This document shows positions 40,382 to 49,400 of a DNA stretch of 64,000 nucleotides, in pieces. The translations under genes and the position numbers were made by a program. The DNA comes from Bacteroidia bacterium (GTDB taxonomy: Bacteria > Bacteroidota > Bacteroidia > 2-12-FULL-35-15): positions 800-64,799 of the forward strand of contig JAEUTU010000124.1 of the NCBI GenBank assembly GCA_016786925.1, in the 5' to 3' direction. The first letter of the stretch is position 1. Each line of letters starts with the position of its first letter. The notes under the pieces were generated by a model. That model saw only the letters and a list, made by a program, of their open reading frames with translations. It did not search any database and had not been told where the DNA came from.

Positions 40382-41764
40382 ATGTCAAAGGCACTAGAAG
40401 CATTTTTAGAAGCATCCGAAAAAAAAGCGTTTGATGTAGCACATCGTCAAACGATCGGGTTTAATATTGCTCAATACGATAAAAAGGTTTTGGAGGGGAA
40501 AGAACAATTCTCAAACCTTGAATTGGCGCGCACAAGAGCGGCAGAACGTAAGCAGAAGGCTGTTGACAATCTTGAAAAATATTTGATAGAGTTTGAAGCG
40601 AATTTTCTTCGTAGAGGCGGAAAGGTAATATGGGCGCAGGATGCAGAAGAGGCCATAAAAGAAAGTCTGGCCATTATGAAAAAGGCCAACACCAAAACGG
40701 TGGTAAAAGCCAAATCGATGACCACCGAAGAGATCGATTTTAACGAAGAGCTGAAAGACGCAGGAATACAGAGTATTGAGACCGACCTGGGCGAATACAT
40801 TGTACAATTAAGAAACGAACCGCCTTATCATATTGTAACACCGGCTATGCATCTTTCAAAAGAAGATGTGGCGAAGACCTTTCACGAGAAAAAACAAACA
40901 CCATTAGAGTGGACACCGGAACAGATCACCACCTACGTTCGTCTTCAATTGCGCCAGGAATACAGCAAAGCAGAGGTTGGAGTAAGTGGAGCGAATTTTA
41001 TTATTGCTGATGCCGGAGCTGTTGCAGTTACCGAGAATGAAGGAAATGGTGTGTTGTCCATGTCATTTCCGAAGATCCAGATCGTGATCGTGGGGATAGA
41101 AAAGGTAGTGCCTTCTATTAACGATATGGAGCTGTTTTGGCCGCTTTTGGCTACGCATGGTACCGGACAGCAAATGACGGTGTATAACACCATTTACAGC
41201 GGTCCTAAACAAGCGGGCGAGAACGATGGTCCGGATGAGATGTACGTGATCCTGCTGGATAATGGAAGAAGCAATGTGTTGGCAGAAACAGAGCAACGCA
41301 GAGCGATGTCGTGCATCCGTTGTGGCGCTTGTTTGAATGCCTGTCCGGTTTATCAAACGGTAGGTGGACATAGCTACGGAACAACGTATAGCGGCCCGAT
41401 CGGATCGATCATTACTCCGTATATGAAGGATACCAACGAGTACAAACATTTGAGTTTTGCATCAACATTGTGTGGAAAGTGTACCGATGTCTGCCCAGTA
41501 AAGATCGATATTCACAAGCTTTTATTGCTGAACCGTTCCGATTTTCAAAAGAAAGGCTTGAGTACCAAAACAGAGAACTGGGTATGGTTCTTCTGGAAAG
41601 GCGCCATGCTAAAACGCAGCAAAATGGACAAAGGCGGAGCGAAGTTGAAAAACTTTATGCTAAAACAATTCTTCAAAAAACAATGGGGCGAGCGCAGAGA
41701 TCTTCCGCAAGTTGCCGCCAAATCATTCAATCAGATCTGGAGAGAACGCAAGGGAATAAAATAG
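40382..41764 (+). CDS. LutB-like iron-sulfur lactate-utilisation protein (LUD domain + 2x 4Fe-4S)
   Basis: Two ferredoxin-like cysteine clusters are present (CIRCGACLNACPVYQ, CGKCTDVCPV) in the DUF162/LUD context. Confidence 0.7.
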   Translation: MSKALEAFLEASEKKAFDVAHRQTIGFNIAQYDKKVLEGKEQFSNLELARTRAAERKQKAVDNLEKYLIEFEANFLRRGGKVIWAQDAEEAIKESLAIMKKANTKTVVKAKSMTTEEIDFNEELKDAGIQSIETDLGEYIVQLRNEPPYHIVTPAMHLSKEDVAKTFHEKKQTPLEWTPEQITTYVRLQLRQEYSKAEVGVSGANFIIADAGAVAVTENEGNGVLSMSFPKIQIVIVGIEKVVPSINDMELFWPLLATHGTGQQMTVYNTIYSGPKQAGENDGPDEMYVILLDNGRSNVLAETEQRRAMSCIRCGACLNACPVYQTVGGHSYGTTYSGPIGSIITPYMKDTNEYKHLSFASTLCGKCTDVCPVKIDIHKLLLLNRSDFQKKGLSTKTENWVWFFWKGAMLKRSKMDKGGAKLKNFMLKQFFKKQWGERRDLPQVAAKSFNQIWRERKGIK

Positions 41765-41815
41765 AAGGACGATTGATGATGGATGAAGGACGATTGGTGG
41801 AGTGTTGAAGGGTGA

Positions 41816-42187
41816 TTATCTAGAGCCCTTCGATAGAATATAACCGCTTCTTTTAAAGCGCTTTTTTTCAGTATGAATGTACATTGTATAGTTTGCTCTT
41901 TTTGTACGATACTTTTCTAAATAATAAGTTTCGTTATTGAACTTTCCTTTAGAATCTTTTGAAGAACGAAATGTTATTTGTTTCTTGTTTAATACATAGC
42001 TTCCAGAATCAATCGTAGAGAGACCGGAAAACCCAGACCAGTGAGTATATACAAAAGAGTTGTCTCTTTTTAAATGTAGCATCCACAGATTGTCCACAGT
42101 TGAATTAACAACAAATGTTTTTTGAATATTTTGAGCAAAAACAAAAACAGAATTGATGCATAGCAAAAGAGCAAAAACGATCTTCAT
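41816..42187 (-). CDS. Hypothetical secreted protein
   Basis: 123 aa with an N-terminal signal peptide. Confidence 0.45.
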   Translation of the reverse strand: MKIVFALLLCINSVFVFAQNIQKTFVVNSTVDNLWMLHLKRDNSFVYTHWSGFSGLSTIDSGSYVLNKKQITFRSSKDSKGKFNNETYYLEKYRTKRANYTMYIHTEKKRFKRSGYILSKGSR

Positions 42188-42208
42188 TTATTGTTGATTT
42201 TAAAGTGT

Positions 42209-42285
42209 TCATGTTTGAGCAAGGAATAACAAACAGAATCTTCCATTTTACCACCTACAAGATAATCCTCTCGCAGAACGCTTTA
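42209..42285 (-). pseudogene. Remnant of a GNAT acetyltransferase 3' end (duplicate of 43289-43365)
   Basis: The translation SVLREDYLVGGKMEDSVCYSLLKHEH nearly matches the C-terminus of the GNAT gene at 43269..43817 (VLREDYLVDGKMEDSVCYSLLKHEWESGT). Confidence 0.5.
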
Positions 42286-43203
42286 TTGTTTAATGAATTT
42301 AAGCGTGTTTTTTTCTTTATTATCAAAAACGATTTCGAGATAATACATCCCTTGTGGACCATCAATGTCTAGATCAATTTTTGAAGTGTTTGAATAAGTT
42401 TTTCTGTCAATCTCCCGGCCTAAAACAGTATAAATGACAACAGAAACAGACGGATGTGTTTTTTCAAAAGAAACCCATGTAGAACCGGAAGATGGATTAG
42501 GAAAGACCTGTATTTTTTCTCCCTTTTTCTTTTCAGTAATACCAACATTTAAAAGACAATTGCCTCCCAAGCCTTGAGAATCCCAAAAGGCAGTACTTCC
42601 AAAACCAAAGCAAGAAATGGTATAGTCAAAACCAACACCCTGGCAAAGCGGCATAATAAACTCGCCAAGCGAACTATTTGTTTGTAACTGATGACCAACG
42701 CCCTCTGTAAACAAAGGTCCGGAGACAGAGTCTAAATAAAAAACTTTTCTGTAAGAGGAGTTTATTAGTACCGAGTCAATTTTTTGGATGGTTGATTGTT
42801 GGAAACCGCAAGCCTGAAAAACAGAGCCCCTAACCGTGTCGCCAAGGCTATAATCATAGCTCACCAGCAAACTCTCTGTTGTGTCTGTATAAGAATAAAT
42901 GTCTTTATTTTCCTGCCTTAGGTAATACCCGGTAAAGGCATCAAAATTCAAAGCGGGAATTGGACCCGAATAAACGGTTTCGCCTCTTGAAAACAAGCGA
43001 TGAAATACATTTCCATTGATTGTTGTGTCGCCATTTAAATAATAAACATAGGTTGATGTTGAAGCAATGTATGGCGGGTTCCATTGGTTAGAGTTCCAAA
43101 GCCCACAAAGCCATTTGGGGTCATTGGCAAAATAATCGGGAGTCTGTCCAAGCGAAGACAGAGAAAGATAAAACGGGGCGATAAAAAAAAAGAATGATCG
43201 CAT
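42283..43203 (-). CDS. Hypothetical secreted protein with T9SS C-terminal sorting domain
   Basis: A signal peptide opens the protein. The C-terminal ~80 aa (IQVFPNPSSGSTWVSF ... GMYYLEIVF) match the Por CTD. Confidence 0.65.
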   Translation of the reverse strand: MRSFFFFIAPFYLSLSSLGQTPDYFANDPKWLCGLWNSNQWNPPYIASTSTYVYYLNGDTTINGNVFHRLFSRGETVYSGPIPALNFDAFTGYYLRQENKDIYSYTDTTESLLVSYDYSLGDTVRGSVFQACGFQQSTIQKIDSVLINSSYRKVFYLDSVSGPLFTEGVGHQLQTNSSLGEFIMPLCQGVGFDYTISCFGFGSTAFWDSQGLGGNCLLNVGITEKKKGEKIQVFPNPSSGSTWVSFEKTHPSVSVVIYTVLGREIDRKTYSNTSKIDLDIDGPQGMYYLEIVFDNKEKNTLKFIKQ

Positions 43204-43268
43204 TTCTTATAAGTAAATATATTAAAAAAACGGAATTCTTCAAAGTCCTCTTATGGCATCTAGAATAT

Positions 43269-43817
43269 TTATGTGCCTGATTCCCACTCATGTTTGAGTA
43301 AAGAATAACAAACAGAATCTTCCATTTTACCATCTACCAGATAATCTTCGCGTAAAACACCTTCTTTTTTGAATTTAAAGCGTTCTAATAGTTTAATGGA
43401 GGCAATGTTCTCTCTGGCAACCAAAGCTTGCACACGGTGTAATTTCAGCTCATTATAAGCATAATTCAGAACCTCTTTTACCGTTTCGGTCATGAATCCT
43501 TTTCTTTTATCAGAATCATTTTTCAGATGATAATACAGTTCGGCACGGTGATGTGCTTTGTTCCAAGAATGAAAACCACATTCACCTATCACTTTTCCGT
43601 TTGTTTTATCGATCAGCAAAAAGTAGAACAATGCTACTCTAAAACTCTCCATTCCCGCCTCATTCATTTCTTTTAAACGTTCATATCCGGCTTCATCCAT
43701 GTTAAAGAACGACATCAACTCTTCTTTGCTTTTGTTTTGAAAGAGTTCGTGTATGATATCAGGAGTGATGCTTTTCAGCAACAAACGCGGTGTATTTAAT
43801 TCGATTGACTTGTTCAT
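43269..43817 (-). CDS. GNAT family N-acetyltransferase (RimJ/RimL-like)
   Basis: An acetyl-CoA binding fold is recognisable (IGECGFHSWNKAHHRAELYYHL ... RVQALVARENIASIKLLERFKF). Confidence 0.75.
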   Translation of the reverse strand: MNKSIELNTPRLLLKSITPDIIHELFQNKSKEELMSFFNMDEAGYERLKEMNEAGMESFRVALFYFLLIDKTNGKVIGECGFHSWNKAHHRAELYYHLKNDSDKRKGFMTETVKEVLNYAYNELKLHRVQALVARENIASIKLLERFKFKKEGVLREDYLVDGKMEDSVCYSLLKHEWESGT

Positions 43818-43822
43818 AAAGA

Positions 43823-44353
43823 TTAAATAGAAGATCTAACAGCAGCAAGTTCTTTTAAGAAAGACGTATTTAATTCTTCATTCAAAATGCCCTTTTCTGC
43901 ATTAAAGTTTTCGTTGAATTTTGGTAAAGAGAATTGTCCGATGATCTGTGCACCATGGCGCGGAAAACGACTAACAGCAGCCTCTAATGAGGACATGCCG
44001 CCACGTCCACCAGGCGATGTAGCAAGCAAGAACAGTTTTTTATTTTCAAACATGTTGGCCTTTACACGCGATGTCCAATCAAACAAATTTTTAAAAGCGG
44101 CTGTAAATCCACCATTGTGTTCTGCCATGGAAATGATGATCAGATCAGCACTTTCGAGCTTTTGAATAAAATCGTTAATGATTGCAGGGTGTCCGCTCTC
44201 AGCCTCCAGATCAACCGAAAACAGGGGCAAAGGGAAGTCGTTCAGGTCTAACACATCAATGGTGTTTCCTTCAAATTGATTGGCAACAAATGTTGCAAAC
44301 TGTTTGTTTATCGATTTTTTACTTGTTGATGCTCCAAATGCGATGATGTTCAT
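43823..44353 (-). CDS. NADPH-dependent FMN reductase
   Basis: The flavodoxin-like N-terminus is MNIIAFGASTSKKSINKQ, and an internal SPGGRGG motif is present. Confidence 0.75.
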   Translation of the reverse strand: MNIIAFGASTSKKSINKQFATFVANQFEGNTIDVLDLNDFPLPLFSVDLEAESGHPAIINDFIQKLESADLIIISMAEHNGGFTAAFKNLFDWTSRVKANMFENKKLFLLATSPGGRGGMSSLEAAVSRFPRHGAQIIGQFSLPKFNENFNAEKGILNEELNTSFLKELAAVRSSI

Positions 44354-44434
44354 GATCTAATTTTTTATAAAGATATTTTAATTTTCTTAAAAGCATGTTT
44401 GATATCAAAGCCAATGATTTATACACCATGTCAG

Positions 44435-44959
44435 TTAAGTGCCGCCATTTGATTTATCAAACTTTTGTTTATGATACGCCTGGTGGAATTTCTGTAAGTC
44501 ATGCAACAGTTTTGTTGTTTTACATTTTATTGAATTCTGCGGAATTCTAATTTTACTTTGTGTGTCTCTTAATGTCACAGAGATATAACCACCGGGAGGC
44601 GCCCTAAATCCAGTATGGGGCTCGTAGGAAATTGATTTAATATCATTCCAACAATAAACGTTTCCGTCAGCATTGTTTATTAAAGACTCGTTATTTAGCA
44701 CAAGAGCAGGTTTTTTTATTATTGCACAGTACATAAACCGGAGATAGTCAGGAAGCCCGATTAATAAAACAATTAGAGGCAAGGAAAAGGCTATTGCTAC
44801 CAGTAAATTTTCTTTGTAAAACGCAAAAAAAAGATAAGACGGTCCGACCGTAAAAATGATCACGAATATTGTAGCAAAAAACAAAACGATTGGCGAAAAA
44901 TAATATTCAGTTTGCTTGTGATTCATTTTTTTTCTATGTTGGGGCTTGTGCGCTGGCAC
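44435..44959 (-). CDS. Hypothetical membrane protein
   Basis: Two TM helices precede a soluble domain. An alternative start at M12 (44926) is possible. Confidence 0.4.
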   Translation of the reverse strand: MPAHKPQHRKKMNHKQTEYYFSPIVLFFATIFVIIFTVGPSYLFFAFYKENLLVAIAFSLPLIVLLIGLPDYLRFMYCAIIKKPALVLNNESLINNADGNVYCWNDIKSISYEPHTGFRAPPGGYISVTLRDTQSKIRIPQNSIKCKTTKLLHDLQKFHQAYHKQKFDKSNGGT

Positions 44960-45137
44960 TCGATCAGGCTTTTTAAATAAATAGTGGGTTCGAAGTTAGA
45001 ATTATTTTGTTTAAACAGATTTGTTGTTTCGAAACGAGATTTAAGGGTTGGCGGTTGTATTAATTAATTGATTAAATATTTTTTTTGTTGTAATATTTGT
45101 TGTAAATTTACGTTTAATTAATTGTATAAATACAATC

Positions 45138-45647
45138 ATGAGAACAAAATCAACATCAGAACGCACAAACAAGACAACCTCAAGACGAGGCGTAAAACTT
45201 GCTGTAACTAAATCTGTTAAAAGCGAGGCGCGATTAGTTAAGTTTTCTCCATCTTGGGTAGTCGTAAATGCCAAGGATGCCCCGGGATATCAGATGGAAT
45301 TGATTGATCGAATAAGAGAAGGTGTCAAAAAAGCTGATTGGAAACAATTGATTATAAATATTGGCGCCACCGAAAAGGAATTTGAATTAATTCTACCGAC
45401 TTCTATCAGCAGCATGCAGAAGAAAACAGTTTATAGTAGAGAAACATCTGAAAGAATCTATGAATTGGCAAGGCTGTTTGGTTTAGGCTATGAGGTTTTT
45501 GATACAAAGGAAGACTTTAGACGATGGCTTGTTACTCCTTCCAGAGCACTTGGGAATAAAAAACCTTTCGAATTATTGGATAGTAGTTTCGGGTTTGAAA
45601 TGGTAGAAAATGAAATTGTCAGAATTCAATATAATGTTTACAGCTAA
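45138..45647 (+). CDS. Type II antitoxin, Xre/ParS/MbcA family (DUF2384 toxin-binding domain) with basic N-terminal extension
   Basis: The C-terminal domain ERIYELARLFGLGYEVFDTKEDFRRWLVTPSRALGNKKPFELLDS matches the RES-toxin antitoxin fold. The stop overlaps the RES gene start (ATGA). Confidence 0.65.
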   Translation: MRTKSTSERTNKTTSRRGVKLAVTKSVKSEARLVKFSPSWVVVNAKDAPGYQMELIDRIREGVKKADWKQLIINIGATEKEFELILPTSISSMQKKTVYSRETSERIYELARLFGLGYEVFDTKEDFRRWLVTPSRALGNKKPFELLDSSFGFEMVENEIVRIQYNVYS

Positions 45648-46114
45648 TGATAGTTTACAGGGTTGCAAACGTTAAATACAAAGATCAAACGTTATCGGGT
45701 ATTGGAGCTGAAAAAGTTGGGGGTAGGTGGAATAAAGTTGGAACCAGAGCTGTTTATTGTTCTGAAAATATTTCATTAGCGCTTTTGGAATACTATGTAC
45801 ATTCGGAGAACATAGCCAATTTGCCCCAAGCCATTTTAATAGCAAAAATTAAAATTCCTGAAGAATTTGAGATTAAAGAATTGAATGATTTACCAGAGAG
45901 ATGGAGCCAATATCCTTATTCCTCTAAAACAACAGAGGTTTTCTCCAATTTCGCTAAAAGCAGAGATTTTTTTGCATTAAAAGTACCATCTACCATAGTT
46001 GGATTGGAATCTAATTACATATTAAATCCTTTATTCAAAGATTTTGGTCAAGTTGAAATTTTAGAGTTTATTGAACTACCAATTGATGAGAGATTAAAAT
46101 CTCCCAATCATTAG
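45647..46114 (+). CDS. RES-domain toxin (NAD+-targeting ParT/MbcT family)
   Basis: The N-terminus is MIVYRVANVKY. The GGRWN (Arg), Y..E ... ALLEY (Glu) and Ser residues fit the R-E-S pattern. Translational coupling with the upstream antitoxin supports the call. Confidence 0.7.
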   Translation: MIVYRVANVKYKDQTLSGIGAEKVGGRWNKVGTRAVYCSENISLALLEYYVHSENIANLPQAILIAKIKIPEEFEIKELNDLPERWSQYPYSSKTTEVFSNFAKSRDFFALKVPSTIVGLESNYILNPLFKDFGQVEILEFIELPIDERLKSPNH

Positions 46115-46294
46115 TAAATTATGATATTAGGAACTCATATTAGCGCTAACGTTTTGCAGATTTGCGATGGGCGGGCTTTTCACCACAAATGTTTATGCGG
46201 AGAACTGAACTTTCTGTAACCACAAAACTGTCTGCGGAGCACGAAACTCCGCCTATTGCAAATGTGCTGTTACCTGCCGTTTTTCTTTGTGTCG

Positions 46295-47461
46295 TCATTT
46301 CAAATTTACTATACAAAGAAACGAATACCCGTCAAATCCTTTCGGGATAAGTTTAGTTTCAAATGTTTGTTCCTTTACCCATTTGTTTAGTTTTTCCGTC
46401 ATCTCTTTGTTCAATGATTCAGGTGAGAAAAACTCTGAAATTCTTTCGTCATTAACAGTTCCATAGAAGTCCACACATTTTCCATTACGGTCAAGAACTA
46501 AGTAATTAATAAAAACACAGAACGTTTCTTTTTCCTTGCTCTCTGGAACAGACAAACCAAAAAGGTCGGCTATTCCTTTTTCAAAACTTCTTCCGTCTTT
46601 CATATTTGGTTGGTCAAACTTGTCAGGAAGTTTTACTTTTTTGTATTTACGATTGAGTTTGGGCGGATTAAAAGTTTTCTTGTCTGCAACTATCTTGTCA
46701 AAAGGTATTTGTTGAACGGACAATGTTGCAAAGTCAAGTTTTACAACAACATTCTGATTGGTCAAAACGAAAAGTGAATTGTCTTGAACATAAATGGAGT
46801 TAGTATAAACAAATTTTTCCTGCTCAAAAATTTTCAAAGAGTCGCAACCTTGTATCCACTCTCTGCAATATGAAGTCGTGTCACCGTTTAAACATTCTTT
46901 CTTATCACTTCTTGTTAAATCCTTTCGCCAATAGTTACAATTCCAAATCGCTTTATCAAATGCTTCAAAGTCCACATTGTAACCCCAATAAAAAAATCGT
47001 CCATTGTTCGCAAGTATTGTTGTGTCAACTATATCTTTTAGCGTAAATGTTTTGAAAGGTTGTCCGTTTTTAAACACCTCAATAGCAGGTTGATTAAAAT
47101 TTAATTTTTCTATTCCGAATGAAGTATAGCTTGCAATACCAGCAGAATTTGACGTGTGAACTACAACCAAATATTGTCCGTCATTACTTGTGAATATTCT
47201 CTCTCTATAATATTTATCGATGGTGTAAAGCAGCTTTTTGTTGAGATAAACTTTTGTAACTCCAATCATAGGACTTCCCGAATATGGGTCGAAAGGAAAT
47301 GCTTTGATTACAACATTTTGACCGTCTATTTTCTGTGCGTAAGGATAGGCTGCACTCCAAGTTGTCCCGAAAGCAGTTTGGGATAAAACTGTCAGCAGGA
47401 TTGTTATAATTATGTTTTTTAAGTATGTCAATGTTGTCTGTTTAAATCTAAAATGTTTCAA
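46295..47461 (-). CDS. Hypothetical secreted protein (388 aa)
   Basis: A signal peptide is present, several Cys pairs occur, and no domain is recognised. Confidence 0.45.
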   Translation of the reverse strand: MKHFRFKQTTLTYLKNIIITILLTVLSQTAFGTTWSAAYPYAQKIDGQNVVIKAFPFDPYSGSPMIGVTKVYLNKKLLYTIDKYYRERIFTSNDGQYLVVVHTSNSAGIASYTSFGIEKLNFNQPAIEVFKNGQPFKTFTLKDIVDTTILANNGRFFYWGYNVDFEAFDKAIWNCNYWRKDLTRSDKKECLNGDTTSYCREWIQGCDSLKIFEQEKFVYTNSIYVQDNSLFVLTNQNVVVKLDFATLSVQQIPFDKIVADKKTFNPPKLNRKYKKVKLPDKFDQPNMKDGRSFEKGIADLFGLSVPESKEKETFCVFINYLVLDRNGKCVDFYGTVNDERISEFFSPESLNKEMTEKLNKWVKEQTFETKLIPKGFDGYSFLCIVNLK

Positions 47462-47616
47462 GTTTGCAGGTCGCCCTAAAATGGCAGGTAACTAGTTTAT
47501 ACCCGCCCTACCATAGCGCCAATCTACCCTAATTGTGGCGGATATGCGCTATTAAGTAGCGGATTATTTTTATCAAATCTAAGCCAAACAAAGCGAAAAG
47601 CAAAGGACCTATCAAG

Positions 47617-48255
47617 CTATTTTTTAAACGATAGCCCTTTTTCTTTCAGCGCTTTTTTCAATGCCGGCAAGTAGGATTTTCCGAATCCGTGCAAAGCCAA
47701 TAATTCTGCTTCGCTGTATTTTGAAACTTGTTGTATCGTTTTAATTCCTTTGTTCTCCAACGCTCTGCGTGCGGGCGCTGCCAATGATGACAAAAATCCG
47801 CTTGATGGCTTTTTCTCTTTTTCACATATAGGACAAACAGGACAATCGCTGCTTTTCAGAAAGGAGTGCCCGTTCTCGCATGTGCGGTAATTCTTTTTTG
47901 TTTTGGCTTTTTCAAGGCTTTCTTTTACTCTGAATTTAGTGATCTTCGTTACTAAAGTCAAAGGCAATTTTTTATCAATTGGAAATTGAATAGCGCCTTT
48001 GGATGTAACGTATCCCGCTAATTCTTTTTTAAATGCAATGATGCCCGATGGAGCAGGGTAGAAGCCAATATGGTTTTTATAAGCTGCAAAATGAACCAGG
48101 TTACCCATTAACTCAAAGGTAGGCATGCCATATTTCATGCTTTCTTTTGCATGAGGAGCCGCTTTTTGTATGGTTATGCGCATCTGTTCCAAAAGCGCTT
48201 GTGTGTCTTTAGGAAAGCTTAAAATGTATTCGGTGATATGAGCGAAGGTTTTCAT
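47617..48255 (-). CDS. DUF1801 (YdhG-like) domain protein with C-terminal zinc-ribbon and helix-hairpin-helix
   Basis: The C-x-x-C ... C-x-x-C ribbon is CENGH ... CPVCPIC, followed by LHGFGKSY. Confidence 0.5.
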   Translation of the reverse strand: MKTFAHITEYILSFPKDTQALLEQMRITIQKAAPHAKESMKYGMPTFELMGNLVHFAAYKNHIGFYPAPSGIIAFKKELAGYVTSKGAIQFPIDKKLPLTLVTKITKFRVKESLEKAKTKKNYRTCENGHSFLKSSDCPVCPICEKEKKPSSGFLSSLAAPARRALENKGIKTIQQVSKYSEAELLALHGFGKSYLPALKKALKEKGLSFKK

Positions 48256-48259
48256 GCGT

Positions 48260-48796
48260 TTACTTTTCTAAGATCCGTTTCAAATTGTTCAGACTCTCTT
48301 CCATGTCGGGACCTAACATTTTATCAGCAGTAAAGAACAACAGCATTGCATTCATGGGGTAATTCACGGCACTGTGCATTTCCCATTTAATAAGAGTTTG
48401 TCCATTTCCTTTGTCTTCCAGAATGAATGGTGTTTTTGCAATGGCTTTGAACGGACGGATAAAATGAACTTCCATATTCAATCGCGTTGGTCTTTCAAGG
48501 CTTACTAATATTTGCTCTCCTGCACCGGCTCTTTTTTTGCTATCCCATACATACACAAATCCCGGTTCGCCATCTGTGCCCTTGAATTCCTTTTTCATAT
48601 CAGGATCGGCCATTACCCATTTGCTGAATTTTTCCTGTTTACGTAAAAAACGCAGGTATTCAAACACATCGTCAATAGAGGTATTTACAAGGATCTCGCG
48701 TTGAACGAAATAATCTTTCTTGACAAAAAGTGCCAGCAAAAGCAGGAGTGCCACAATAGACACAACAACCAGAATAATGATCAATAGAATTTTCAT
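48260..48796 (-). CDS. SRPBCC (START/Bet v1-like) family protein with N-terminal TM anchor
   Basis: 178 aa in which a TM helix precedes an SRPBCC-like fold. Confidence 0.5.
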   Translation of the reverse strand: MKILLIIILVVVSIVALLLLLALFVKKDYFVQREILVNTSIDDVFEYLRFLRKQEKFSKWVMADPDMKKEFKGTDGEPGFVYVWDSKKRAGAGEQILVSLERPTRLNMEVHFIRPFKAIAKTPFILEDKGNGQTLIKWEMHSAVNYPMNAMLLFFTADKMLGPDMEESLNNLKRILEK

Positions 48797-48805
48797 GTTT
48801 TAAAA

Positions 48806-49222
48806 TTAAATAGATTCCACGTATTTCTTGAAATTATTCAATATGGCTTGCCAGCCTGCTTGCTGCATCTCCACAGGGTTTTCGCTTTCTGCTTCAAAGG
48901 TCTCGGTTACTTTGGTGCTTTTATCATCACCGTCAAATGTGATGCTTACTTTGCGTGTATCTTCCATGGTATAGGAAATGTGTTCGTGGGTTGTAAGGCC
49001 ATCGTACACACCACCAAAATCAAAACCGAAGCTACCGTCTTTTGCTTCCATGCGCGACATGAAACTACCGCCCACGCGCAGATCATTTTCTGCTACAGGC
49101 GCATGCCAGTCGTCAGATGCAAAACACCACTTGGTAATATGTTTAGGCTCCGTCCAGCATTTCCACACTTTTTGTACAGAAGCATTGATGGTTGCCTCCA
49201 CAGTAATTTTAGTTTTTTCCAT
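48806..49222 (-). CDS. SRPBCC / AHSA1 (activator of Hsp90 ATPase homologue)-like protein
   Basis: 138 aa. The stretch ATINASVQKVWKCWTEPKHITKW is typical of the AHSA1/START family. Confidence 0.6.
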   Translation of the reverse strand: MEKTKITVEATINASVQKVWKCWTEPKHITKWCFASDDWHAPVAENDLRVGGSFMSRMEAKDGSFGFDFGGVYDGLTTHEHISYTMEDTRKVSITFDGDDKSTKVTETFEAESENPVEMQQAGWQAILNNFKKYVESI

Positions 49223-49400
49223 AATATTTTAAGGTTTAGAGAAACAAATCTAATCTAAAAAAATAAAATCGACACTCTCCGTAGAGAAATGCAGCGGTCT
49301 GATGTTTAGACATATTTCGTAAAAAATTCAAAGAATAGAAAACAAATGAAATAGTATATTTGTCTTCAAGATAGATTAAATCTAAATAAACAAAAAGAGT

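Noticed and set aside
43823-44353. The ORF track's antisense ORF 43887..44165 (92 aa) within the FMN reductase gene
   Set aside because: The opposite-strand 176-aa ORF has a clear flavodoxin-like NADPH-dependent FMN reductase signature, so the antisense ORF is spurious.
46162-46350. 62-aa ORF between convergent RES toxin and hypothetical genes
   Set aside because: It has no family resemblance and atypical composition. It overlaps the 3' end of the minus-strand gene 46295..47461.
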